Shown here: piece after piece, positions 12,029-22,417 of the stretch
Position numbering within the stretch: the stretch's first letter is position 1
Layout of the letters: every line of letters begins with the position of its first letter
Assembly: GCA_977016875.1 (NCBI GenBank)
Contig: CDRNST010000143.1
Location: forward strand, 434,001-498,000
DNA from: Pavona decussata
Taxonomy: Eukaryota
Length of the DNA stretch: 64,000 nucleotides
Direction: 5' to 3'
Program-made: the position numbers and the translations under genes
The notes under the pieces: generated by a model
What the model saw: the letters and a program-made list of their open reading frames with translations, nothing else
Databases searched by the model: none
Told to the model about the DNA's origin: nothing

Positions 12029-15000
12029 ATTATTTGTATTTTAAATGTTATAATAATTATTGCTATTATTGTCATAATGTGTTAAATTCTTTCGCATGCA
12101 TGCTTCAATGTAATTTATGCAGTTTCAATGTAGTTTATTATTCTGGAAAGGTGTCATAGCGTCAGTTGTAAGATGTAGGATCGTAGTCAACATCTCAAGT
12201 ATTAAAAGGCTTTTCCTCCGAGTCTACAACGTTTTCCTGTGCTGTTATAACAATTATGAAGTGAGTTTTTTCTTTATTTTTTTTCCCATCATTTTTTTAA
12301 CACAATTTTTTTTCTGGATAGTGTCAACTCTTGTAAGCAAGCATCATATAAATAAAATAAATTTTAGATACATGTACATGACAACGATGACGGGGATTGT
12401 ACATGTACTGTAATGATGATAATGATGATGATGATAATACAGTAATACTAAAAATAAATAATGTTTTATAACATGTTAGTGGAATTTAAACATAATTCAA
12501 ATGCAGTATCTATAGGTACATGTAGGGATTCTCCTATCACTTTTTGTTAACGTTTTTTTTTTTTTTTTTTCTCTTTTACATGTAGATCACAGCAGCCAGG
12601 AATCTAGTCTTCATTTTGGAGTCAGAGTTGAGGGTATTGATGAGCTAATGTTGAATACCAAATTTTCAAGACAGGAGTTACAAAGAATGTACAGAGGTTT
12701 TAAAAATGTAAGTACTGTACACCCTGAATGAAGTATTAAAATTAACAAAGCTACTGCTATAGCTATTGTAGTATTAGTGGTACAAATTGAGAAGCGAACA
12801 ATGTGGCCACTGATGTGCTGTTATCTCAAACTGAAGTTAGGTATATTTTATCTTGAAATTGATCTTGCCATCTTGATTTAGAAACATAATATTAATTATA
12901 ATAATATTGCTATTAATTGGACGGATGTGGAGATACATCTGGCAGGAGTTTAAGCTGTAGCTTTTTCATAACTTTTTAGGAATCACGAAGTATGACTATT
13001 TTACCTTGCATGTACACTGTACACATAGAAGTTACTTTGTAAATTAAATGTTGTTATGCGATAATTTATAAATCGTCCCATTGCAGTGTGCAGTGCATTA
13101 CAGTGTACATTTGCACCCTGTTGCACCTCGTTATACTGTACTTTACTTACATACATTTAACAATATTAACTTGTTCCTCAAAATAATGTACTTTTTTTAA
13201 ATCTGACTGTTTAACCTGGACCCCTCTTAGCTTCGCTACTATTAATATTTTGGGCTCTGTGTGTGTGTGCACTGACAAAGCTAAAGTTTAACATTTTTTA
13301 ACAAATAAGGCTACACAAATTATTTAAATGTACATGTAACTGTAAAGAAGGATCAAGGTTTCCCTTTAATATCATTGTTACATTATCAGGAATGTCCCAA
13401 TGGAACAGTTGACAAAGATACATTTAAGAAAATTTATGCCCAGTTTTTTCCTTATGGAGGTATGTCAGAAATGACCAGTACTAATTAATTTAAACTTAAC
13501 TGTAGTATTAATGACATTGTACAGTATGTAAAAAAATATATTTAACTTAAAAAGACTGACAGAAAAACATAAAATTGCATGATACCTGTAAAATCGATAT
13601 TATACATTCAAGCTTTTAAAAATCTTAATTCCCAATAAATTGTCAATTAATAATTTGAAACCCGAGCTCTGGTCTTCAACAGTGAAATGCATGTACATGT
13701 ACATTGTAGTATTCAGTGAAAATTAATTTTGAATTAATTGTTTATTAAAATTGATAACTTTTAACCTTGTTGTAAATGGCAAATGTTGTGCATAGATATA
13801 TACAGTAACATAGTATAATTGCTTTTTTTTTTTGTAGTTTATTTCCTCTCAAATAGTAAGTCATTCCTTGAATAATGATATATCCCAATTAAAAAAATGC
13901 CCCTTTTGAGCAGACTGTTTAAATCAACTTCACTGTACTGTTGTTACTGTAGAACTTGAATGTAACCACATACATGTACAGCTCAGATAAAAAAGCGTTG
14001 GCCCCAGTTGTTACTCAAGAAAATAATTATATGTAAAGGTGTAATGTCAGTAGAAATAAAAGTAGTCATTTCAAGTAACACTAAAGCTAAACTGATCAGA
14101 AACAAAAATTGTGGTAAAACCAGGATTTGAAAGCTGTATGTAGACAGGGTTTTGCTGAACTGGCCAAAATGCAGCATGTACAGTGTACTGCTGAGATTTG
14201 ATTTATATTGTTGTTGAAGTGCAAAATGTCATACAATGTAAAGTGTACAGCTGTAACATACTTTTTAAACATACATAAATTATACATAATAATCATGATT
14301 CATTTAATTTCTTTCTTGCTTCATGATAGACTCAAGTCTTTATGCAAATCATGTTTTCAATGTGTTTGACCAAGATAGAGATGGAAAAGTGTCATTTGAG
14401 GTATTTGATTTTTCTACGTGTATATGTTGTGGTTCAATTTTATCCTTGGTTTAATTTTTATTTCCCATTGTTTTAAACTCATTATCATACATTACTATAC
14501 CCCAAAACAAAGGGAAATAAAATTTAAACCAAGGATAAAATCGAACCACAACATATACATGTATTTACATGTACCAAACAATACTTACTGTATTCTTTCA
14601 AATTGCACAGAATGTTGCCTGATGGTAATAGCCAACAAGGCCATAGGCTGAGTGGGCTAAAATCAGGTGATACAGTGTATCTGCGAGATTGAGCTGGATA
14701 ATAATTATCCTGCTCAATCTTGCAGAATATCACAAAATTTTATTGTTTATGGCATTGAAATTACATGTAACACAGGATACGAAGTGCCCTGAATATTATT
14801 GCATCAAATATATGAGATTGGTAATGCTTTGTATGTTTGGGTATGGGGTTAGTTTCTAAAGAAACTGTGAAGCTACATTGGTTGGGGAGTGGAAACCAAT
14901 GTTTGGTTTAATCAATAGAGTTGATAAGGTAATGGGGCCACCAAAAAGAGATTTAAGAGCTGGCATTTTGAGAATGGCTCTTGGCTCTGAGGAAGTCTGG

Positions 15001-16187
15001 GCTAATGCTAGAAACATCAGCTCTCGAATCTCTTTCCGTTTTCCAAATTATCTTATCAACTCTGTTCACTTGATAAAACCGAACATTCTTTTGTATGTTA
15101 GGAACGTTTTGTCATCATGTACATCTTCATCCTCTTCGAAGTTAACAACTGTAATTGGCAATAAAAATGATAACAATATTACAAATTTCTTTACTGGTAC
15201 ATATACATGTAGATATTTCTGTCAATCTCTGACAGGTTGGAAAGGTAAATGGCAGGGCAAAAACACTGTCTGAATATAATTGGTATTTTGGGCCAGTAGT
15301 ACAGTGCATGTACATGTACATGTATATTGTATTGACATAATGTTGCATCATCCATAGGACTTTGTGACAGGTCTGTCAGTGTCTCTTTATGGCAGTAGAG
15401 AGGAGAAAGTGAAGTGGGCATTCCAGTTGTATGACTTGGATGGTGATGGCTGTATAACAAGAGAGGTGTGATGGCAGTTGTGACATTTCTTTGTTTTATT
15501 CTTCCCCTTTCCCTTCCCCTGTCCCACCATGTAAGCATTTTTCAGAGATAATTTAAAGGCAGCGATAATTATAAAAGCTTTAAAATACTTAACAATTTAT
15601 GGCATTTTGTTTTTCCAAATTGAAGCTTTATATTTCTGAATAAGTTTTGAATGGTTACTCCCAATTTTCATTTTGAACTCCAATAACACTAACTTGTCTT
15701 GCTAAGATCTTTCATAGTGATAAAACGCTACCTTTGAATTCCTAGGCACTGTCCTTAAACACCTCTAGCTAATGGGCTACAGACCTGTATTCCGAGATGT
15801 TCAGAACATAAAAATACATGCAGGGTTTAGTTGTCTCGTGAAAGCTGTTCATGGTCCCCTCAGTCACACCATACAAACTTGATAGTAGTTCATTTTAAAT
15901 ATTAAATGTTTTTTGACTCTGTAGGAGCTGGCCACAGTGGTGCATTCAGTTCACTGTATGATGGGACTTGACTCCCCGCATTCAACTGGTGAAGAAATGA
16001 CTGTTGAGGAACAAGTTGAGAGACTGTTTGTGGTAACGCAGTTGTTTGTGTTATTATTCATCAATGAAGTTTTACTCTGAAAAGTGTTTGTTCAAAACTG
16101 GACAAAAATTAGCAACAGTAATGCTGATAAGCTAATATTTGAGTGTCACACCGTACCGTCATTTGCCATATATTATCTTTATTATAA

Positions 16188-16232
<45 letters not shown>

Positions 16233-16345
16233 TATTGTTAAAAATAAATATTGCTCTCACACTGTATTTTAAGTAGCAAATTTACCAATAATGAAAAGCC
16301 ATTACTCCGCTGATACATGTAAGTGGGAAGCATTTATCTTTAAAT

Positions 16346-16400
<55 letters not shown>

Positions 16401-17452
16401 TAACAGTAAGGTTTAAAAATCGTACTTTTTAAAACCTTGGGGTAGCAGTTGTACCAAAGTGTACAGTAGTTACTATTGAGCATACATGTACATGAATCTC
16501 AACCAGTTTACATGTAAGTCCTACATGTACATGTAGCAATATCAGTATACAAGAAACATGTGCATTTAGAAGAACTGTGCGTGCACATCTTCATGTAAGA
16601 AATAAATCTTCGTTGGTAACTTGCCCCTTCTCTATTTTTGTTAGCTGATGGACAAAAACCAAGATGGTTTTATTTCAGAAGAGGAATTCTTAGAAGGCTG
16701 TGAGAAGGTAGGGACAATAGAAAGTGGCTGATAATTTTCAATTGCTGAAGTACATGTAGGTAGCAAAAGAATTCTTATAATACAGTTATATACAATGTAG
16801 ATTAGTCACGAAAATCATTGCGGCTTAGAAGATGTGTGGATAGAGCACAGAGTACATGTACAATGGCTGCATTTATCACCTGTCATGGATAGCACTGTTC
16901 TATAACATACAAAATGTAGAATTCATATTCAACCTGCAGTAGTCATCTTGTTAGACTGTGCTGCAAAAATGACATGACATACAGTCTGTAGAAAACACTA
17001 ACTGGTTTAATTATATTGTGTCAACATCACTTAACAATTATTTAAAACCCCTCTTAAGTGTACACGTATCTCTATTTTATGTCATAATACAAAAATAAAA
17101 ACTGCAAATAAAGAGAAGATTAAAAATGACCATTGTTTTTAATTGTGATTCGCATCGGTTTACTAATGACAAGGTAAAGGCAACTGCTACCTTTTTTGTC
17201 TACACTGTGTACTGTGGAGGGGCGCTTGAGGCATTTTTGATAAAACTAGACAATTACTTTTTTTTTTGAAAGTTTAAATTGAAATGTTCATAATAACTTC
17301 ATAGTTTTACATAGCTGTAGCTAAACATGCATGCTTTGGCATACATGCATTACACAAAAAGTAACTCCGTTAAAATTTCATTTTCGTTGTTAATTGCCTT
17401 TCAGGACGAGTCAATTAAACAGAGTTTGGCGATGTTTGACTCCGTTAGGTAA
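284..17452 (+). CDS. KCNIP: Kv channel-interacting protein (KChIP/calsenilin-like neuronal calcium sensor), multi-exon gene with alternative N-termini
   Basis: Core exons are all GT-AG and phase-consistent: 12586-12707 (..[28 protein letters not shown]), 13390-13459 ([23 protein letters not shown]), 14330-14400 (EF2 [12 protein letters not shown]), 15358-15465 ([18 protein letters not shown]), 15925-16032, 16645-16707 ([12 protein letters not shown]), 17405-17452 ([15 protein letters not shown]). The CPxG disabled EF1, Asp at EF2 position 12 and the C-terminal helix are KChIP-like. Phase-1 upstream exons: 284-323, 3329-3469, 6585-6621, 6692-6757. Core is high confidence; the 5' exons are moderate. 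Confidence 0.9.
1569..1967. mobile_element. TTAA-flanked non-autonomous DNA transposon (Kolobok-like MITE family)
   Basis: TTAA|GGACGTTGCCT ... GCCACCTTCC|TTAA. Related internal sequence (GCATTTTTCAGAGATAA, TCTCTGAAAAATGCG) recurs at about 15535-15757, 42200-42530 and 62440-62840. Confidence 0.65.
3329..3469 (+). CDS. KCNIP: KChIP exon A2 (141 nt, phase 1-1)
   Basis: Acceptor tttctctacag at 3328 and donor G|GTAAGG at 3470. Open frame [47 protein letters not shown] is compatible with both neighbouring exons. Confidence 0.65.
4298..5030. other. Assembly gap (N run); further gaps at 36491-36640, 37042-37450, 39785-40188
   Basis: Runs of n in the sequence. Confidence 1.
5206..5285. repeat. (GAAT)n microsatellite, probably the tail of a minus-strand LINE 3' fragment
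   Basis: About 20 perfect units followed by ctttatt (AATAAAG on the minus strand). Confidence 0.85.
5834..6020 (+). mobile_element. Possible relic of a PIF/Harbinger (HARBI1-like) transposase 5' end
   Basis: [27 protein letters not shown].. then, after a frameshift, [15 protein letters not shown] resembles the N-terminus of invertebrate HARBI1-like proteins from memory. No catalytic region present. Confidence 0.3.
6585..6757 (+). CDS. KCNIP: KChIP alternative first exon B (6585-6621, [12 protein letters not shown]) plus exon 6692-6757
   Basis: aaacATGG start and a 70-nt GTAAG..TTCAG intron (6622-6691). The second exon [21 protein letters not shown] ends G|GTAAGC in phase 1, matching core exon 12586. 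Confidence 0.6.
9642..10241 (+). mobile_element. Kolobok-type non-autonomous transposon with ~110 bp TIRs and a THAP-domain relic
   Basis: TTAA|AGTGCCCCTAACCCTTCAATTTG ... CAAATTGAAGGGTTAGGGGCACT|TTAA. Internal 9888-9971 reads [25 protein letters not shown]. Confidence 0.85.
10340..10730. mobile_element. MITE with 11-bp TIRs and many internal TTTGA/TCAAA motifs
   Basis: TGCACGAAAAA at 10340 and TTTTTCGTGCA ending at 10730; the interior is dense in TTTGA(T/C) and TCAAA in both orientations. Confidence 0.6.
11064..11592 (+). mobile_element. Non-autonomous element with asymmetric sub-terminal inverted repeats and a large terminal hairpin (Crypton/Helentron-like)
   Basis: TTTATTATTCCACTA (11064) is inverted at 11434-11448. 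Arms of about 43 bp at 11451-11493 and 11550-11592 enclose GCCCCTTCGGGGC. Confidence 0.65.
11951..12030. repeat. (ATT)n microsatellite
   Basis: About 25 units; explains the poly-Ile ORFs on both strands. Confidence 0.95.
12586..17452 (+). CDS. KCNIP: KChIP four-EF-hand core (7 exons: 122, 70, 71, 108, 108, 63, 48 nt)
   Basis: Spliced translation is continuous and matches the neuronal calcium sensor/KChIP fold motifs (YRGF, CPxG, three D-x-D/N-x-D-G loops). Confidence 0.95.
14421..14557. mobile_element. Short MITE with ~35 bp TIRs, TA-flanked
   Basis: TATATGTTGTGGTTCAATTTTATCCTTGGTTTAA ... TTAAACCAAGGATAAAATCGAACCACAACATATA. Confidence 0.8.
14838..15090. mobile_element. Penelope-like element terminal-repeat fragment with a decayed hammerhead-like motif
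   Basis: CTCTGAGGA..GGGCTAATGCTAGAAACATCAGCT and TATCAACTC..GATAAAACC. A related fragment (TTAGCCCTTCAGTCAGAGC..TTCGCTCTGAC; CACAGTTTCTTCAGAAACTA) lies at about 20525-20625. Confidence 0.5.
16188..16400. repeat. (ATT)n and (TTTA)n microsatellites
   Basis: (ATT)n at about 16188-16232 and (TTTA)n at about 16345-16400. Confidence 0.9.
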
Positions 17453-17810
17453 ACGGATAAAGCAACAACAAAGATGAAATTAACGTAAAATATAATCTAC
17501 TAGAATAACAAATGCTCTAAAAGAATAATACAATGTAAATGTTTGATTGTGGGTGTACAATATCGTTATTTAAAAAAAATTATCTCGCTACGATGTTTCC
17601 TCAATTAAGCTCCCTCGGTGAGGGGTCTTGTGTAACAATTGATACAAGTGTGAGTGCGGGGGGGGGGGGGGGGTGGGGGGGACGGGAGGGTGGCTTTACA
17701 GAGAGATCCAGGTTTTTTAGATTTTCGACAGTCCAAGTTGGTGTGTAGAGAGTTGCATGAAATTTATACGTGACAGATACATGCATTCCTCAAATGATAG
17801 CACTGGGAAG

Positions 17811-18231
17811 TAGAGCGGATTTCGATTGAGTGTCGAAGTAATCTCGCGTTTGCTTTGGTTTGCTTTACTATGCTCTGTGATTGGTTTGCAGATTAGGCGC
17901 CACATTCTCAGCCAATGAGTTACAAAGCAAAAGCAACTGTGTCTTGCTCGCACACGTTTTCCCGCGCTTAGCACCGGTTACATGTATTTGCTTCGGGATT
18001 CTGATTCGTTCGTTGCGCTTTTTACGGTTGTTGTGATCGACCATAATGATAACATTGGTTTTTGCCTTTACGACACTTAGCCTGCGAGAGCAGGAGACCT
18101 TTTCGGCTTTTGTTTCATCCGCCGATCGCGAGAGTCGACGCCTTTTTCGCGGGCTTTTACGGCGGGCGAAACAAACGCCAGGAAAGGCGTCTGTTCTCGC
18201 AGGCTATGCGGCACTCAAATGAAAACCGCCC
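17811..18231. mobile_element. MITE carrying a nested hairpin MITE (18079-18205)
   Basis: Outer ends AGAGCGGATTTCGATTGAGTGTCG / CGGCACTCAAATGAAAACCGCCC. Inner element T|AGCCTGCGAGAGCAG ... CTGTTCTCGCAGGCT|A. Confidence 0.7.
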
Positions 18232-18735
18232 AATTCTTCAAACGGCAAGTAACGCGATGAGATATGGAATAAAGCCAGTGTGTGCTAATCTATTTACATG
18301 TTAGTGAAAGAAAGATAGAAGGTGGTAGGGGACGGCTTATTTATTTTGCAGCCGCGGATGCTTTGTAAGAGGGAAGGGGCTAAACACAATAAACATTAGA
18401 AGCTTCAGTTGGTATGATCTTAAAAGTTGGGTAGAGAGATCTTTTTGTACAAACGCACCATAGACCCTTTTCGGTATAATTGTTCAAAGATTTTCAAGAT
18501 TCTTATTTAAATGGCAAAATGTTTCGAAACGTTTGCAAATCAAAAAAAGTGTTGCTCAATAGGGATATTAAAGTAGAAAGAAACATTAACATTAATGGCG
18601 TTTTTTTTCTCTATCGCCATTTTGTTTGTCCACATGTTGCCGTTGTGGTGATGCTCTTTTAAAATTTGCTGTATTCTGACAAAATAAGCTTTAAAATACA
18701 TATTTCTGTACACGAGGAGGCAAAACACAAAAAAC

Positions 18736-18966
18736 CAGGGCCCGGTTGTTCGAAAGCCGATTAACGCTAATCCACGATTAAAAATTAGCCGAGGTTTTCA
18801 TCTCAGTCATTAAATGTTTTTTTAAAGCTAATTTTAAGCTACTGGTAAAAAAAAACTGAGGAACAAAATCTTTTTGAAGAGTCTTCATTGATTAGTAATT
18901 AAACTCGAATCAAAGTTCACGTTAACTCAGGATTAGCTTAATTGGGCTTTAAACAACTGGGCCCAG
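18736..18966. mobile_element. Harbinger-like MITE; second copy at about 58280-58512
   Basis: GGGCCCGGTTGTTCGAAAGCCGATTAA ... TTAATTGGGCTTTAAACAACTGGGCCC. Shared interior (TTAAACTCGAATC, CAGGATTAGCTTAAT) with the copy in a ZNFX1 intron. Confidence 0.7.
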
Positions 18967-19089
18967 CGCAACTGGTAATCGTGACTGTTGCGAAAGTAGA
19001 CCTTTGTGTTATTAACTACCCCCCGAGTCTCTTCAGTTAGTATGATCATTATTGTAAGACCCGAGAACTCTGGTTTACAAGTCGAGCAC

Positions 19090-19288
19090 CTCTCTCCTCA
19101 GCAGAGCTCCTTCATAAAAAGGGCGGCGAAATCTCGGAAATGGGAAGAGAAACGGAAGCGTCCCCCCGCGCTCCTCGTTATTTTACTCTCTCCAGTCCCT
19201 TATTTGTCTCCGCTCGATTCCCGCGCTTCTCTTTATATCCTTATTTGTTTGCTCGAGTGCTAAACAGGCCTCTGTGGAGGAGAGAGAG
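19090..19288. mobile_element. MITE with 10-bp target-site duplication inserted in a minus-strand SINE head
   Basis: AGTCGAGCAC at 19080-19089 and 19289-19298 flank CTCTCTCCTC ... GAGGAGAGAG. Confidence 0.7.
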
Positions 19289-22200
19289 AGTCGAGCACCA
19301 TAACCACTAGATAGCCATGTTTGTACCCCGTTTAGTAAATAAATAAAAAATTTCCCAACTTATTCTATACATGTACAACCTTTCAAGGTATGATATTTGT
19401 TTGGTTGTTAGGTGAGTTCAGAGTCTAATTCAAAACCAATGTTGGTGCCAAATTTTTTGCAAACTGTTTACAGCTTGTAACAATGATACAGTGATAACAC
19501 CTCCGTGAAGGGTCATAAGCAACAACAGGAGGCATTATGTGTTTCCTTTTTAACGTCAGATATTTGCATCAACAGTTTAATTTGCTGTCTACTATAGATT
19601 ACGTACACAAAAAAAGTTTTAAGACTGAAGGTGATAGAGTCAGTCAGCCACAATTTTAAAACTGAAAGGGCGTATAGATATGAGTTAACAGGCGAGGCGG
19701 GTTTGATTGCATTTTATGGTGAAGACGGCTGTCTGAACAATTTTTTAGGGGAAAAATAGAATATGTACGCCACTATTAACTACTTGGGTACATGATTACT
19801 AGTATTTATTTGTAAGTTCAGTGACTTGATGTAAATATGCTGTGAACGTCGTACCTCAAAGTTAATGCGGCGAAAATGTATTTATTTATCACCCGCGGGG
19901 TCCGGAAATAACCTCGTTATTTATTGTGAAGGGAAGATATTATAATATTGAACGTTAAGACTTTTAACTCTTAAAGGCTCAGTGGGAAAGGTACATTTCG
20001 AAAAAATAAAAATAAATTACTTACAATGAAGTAGAAAGCTTTTTTTTTTTTTTTTTACCGAAATCTTCGGTCATGGAATAATTAAAATGACTTACGTCAT
20101 CCCCGAAATTTCCAAAACTTGCACGTTCTCGTTACTCGGAAACGAATAATTGTTTTATCAACAGAGTTGATAAACCTGAAAGCCCAAAAAGATAATAACC
20201 TTCAACTAAGCGCCCTCCCCATCCCCCTCCCAACAAAAGACATCATGATTTCTGTACTAGCCTATCGTGGAGTTTTGAGAGGATCGTCAGTTTTAGAAAC
20301 GGTAGTCAATAAACTTTTATATTGCTTATGGCTTGTTTATGTTAGCTTTTGCACTTTGTTTTTTCTTGCTGAAGCGAAATAAACTTGTTATCCCGTGTTT
20401 TGTTATTCTCTAAAAATGTCTTCGCTTGCTGAAAATGTTGGGAAAATAATAAGCGCCCACCCTCAGGGTCCAAAATTAAATAAGCGCCCAGGGCGGTTAA
20501 TCGAATAAATGCGGTATTCAAATTCAGTTAGCCCTTCAGTCAGAGCAGATTCGCTCTGACCAAACTGATTCGTTTCTACTCCCCCAAAAAAGGCAGCACC
20601 ACAGTTTCTTCAGAAACTATCCCCCTCATCCACTCGTTACGTACTCATATCTTGGCTCGAGACTTAGGTAATTTAACTTTTCTGTTTGCATCCTGCTGAT
20701 CCTGAAGAGCCACTTCAGGGGTACAAAAGCTTGCATAATTGAGCCAAGCAGCAGATGTTGCGAGTGAAACGACACAAGTAGACTGTTAAATTTTACCATA
20801 CTCAGTTTATGCTTGCAAGTCATAAGCCCCGGGTGCGCGTTTCTCGGAAGTCCAATAACTTACCGGGCCCGAAAACTATTTGATAAGGTCTATAAGGACA
20901 ATGTTCTTTAACAGATGTAATGGATCGCGAGAGCTCAATTTCGAATTCTATCTCTAATATTCGTTGTCACATGTTGGCAAGTTTAATTTGATTTAAAATT
21001 TTACAACAACCAGTTTGAAAACTGACTTGAAAATTACTCATCGCTCCGGATAAGTGGTCGGGACTGCAAGGAGGCTCCTGGCCTGTCGACACTCGTGCAG
21101 GAAATTTTAAAACAAAACGTTTGTTTCGTTACCCTGGGTGCCAGAGACTTTTCTAGCGCGGTTTCCGGTTTCTGTCAAGTCTTTATAGTACGGCAATGCA
21201 TGACCAATTCGTACTGGTCAATGTATGTTTTGCTAATATAATTTGTCACCTGCCCGGGCCGGATTTTAAATTTATACTGTTTTTTGGGACGTTCGGGCAG
21301 ATACAAAGAAAGATAACAAATGCAATGACAACCAAGGTATTAAAGTTTCGCGTGATTTGCATAGAGATTAGTTCTTTTGTGCCAAATGCTTACTATAAAC
21401 ATCAGTAACACTTTTCGATTATCACGCGGTTGGCCATATGAAAGTGGGGTTAACCCTTCAACAAACGTTTCCTTTGATTGATCAAAATCTCGCCACAGAT
21501 CCATGGCTCAACCGACGAAAATTATTTCAATACAATATTGTACCTTTGGAGGTTTTTAACAAGGCTGCAGAGCAAATTAAAATAACCTATCAATATGTAT
21601 ATTGAAAAGGTATCATTCGATATTCCTTTCTCGCGTGACAATATGATTGTAGCAAAAACACACAACGTCAATTTTCTGTACGCCCAATTGGTGCAAACAA
21701 CTTTTCAATATGCGTGTGTTCAAACGGCTCGACGCTTTACGGAGCTGTATTTACTTTTGAGTGACGTCGGTCTCTAATGTCTATTTCGCTTTGCTGACTA
21801 ATTGAAGAAATGAATTTGCTGATTCGCTTTCTTAAATCATTTCCAAGTACACCTGTTCCACGATATGGCCAAGGCACGATTTCTTTTTAATTTATATCGG
21901 GAATTCGTGTGAATATGGTTAAATGATATTGCTATTAAGTGATGTGGATCTTGCTTTGATGCCACTTCAAACAAACTTGTCAAATAAACAGTACATTGGG
22001 ATCTTCTGATTTACGACTGATATGCACGCACAGTCGAAATATTTAAGAATCTTCCAGGGCAGAAAATATTACTTTGAGGATTTAATGATGCAATTATTTT
22101 TCAAACACGAACGGGGAGGTACAATCTCTATTCATAACCAGACGGTATCGTTGTGGACTGATTTAAATATGTCAGTCACTATTCCAGCTCAATTTTTTTC

Positions 22201-22417
22201 GCTTGCATGTTATTGAAACAATGTTTAATTAGGCTGGTGTGAAATGCTGTTTATATTTCCCTGAAGACACAACGAGCGAGCTGTCCTTATAGCGAGCGAA
22301 TCTAAGACCCATTTCGCATGAGGCCGGCTGGTTTTGTAGACTGAATCAAGATTTGATCATTGGCGGTTTTCCAGCGGGGACAAAAATTGAGGAAAACCAA
22401 GGATTAACACGCTCACA

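Noticed and set aside
11660-12085. Hydrophobic poly-Ile ORFs resembling membrane proteins
   Set aside because: Produced by the (ATT)n microsatellite inside a KChIP intron.
14985-15024. Active hammerhead ribozyme (CTGAGGA...GAAAC)
   Set aside because: Core words are present but stems II and III look disrupted; treated as a decayed Penelope-type relic.
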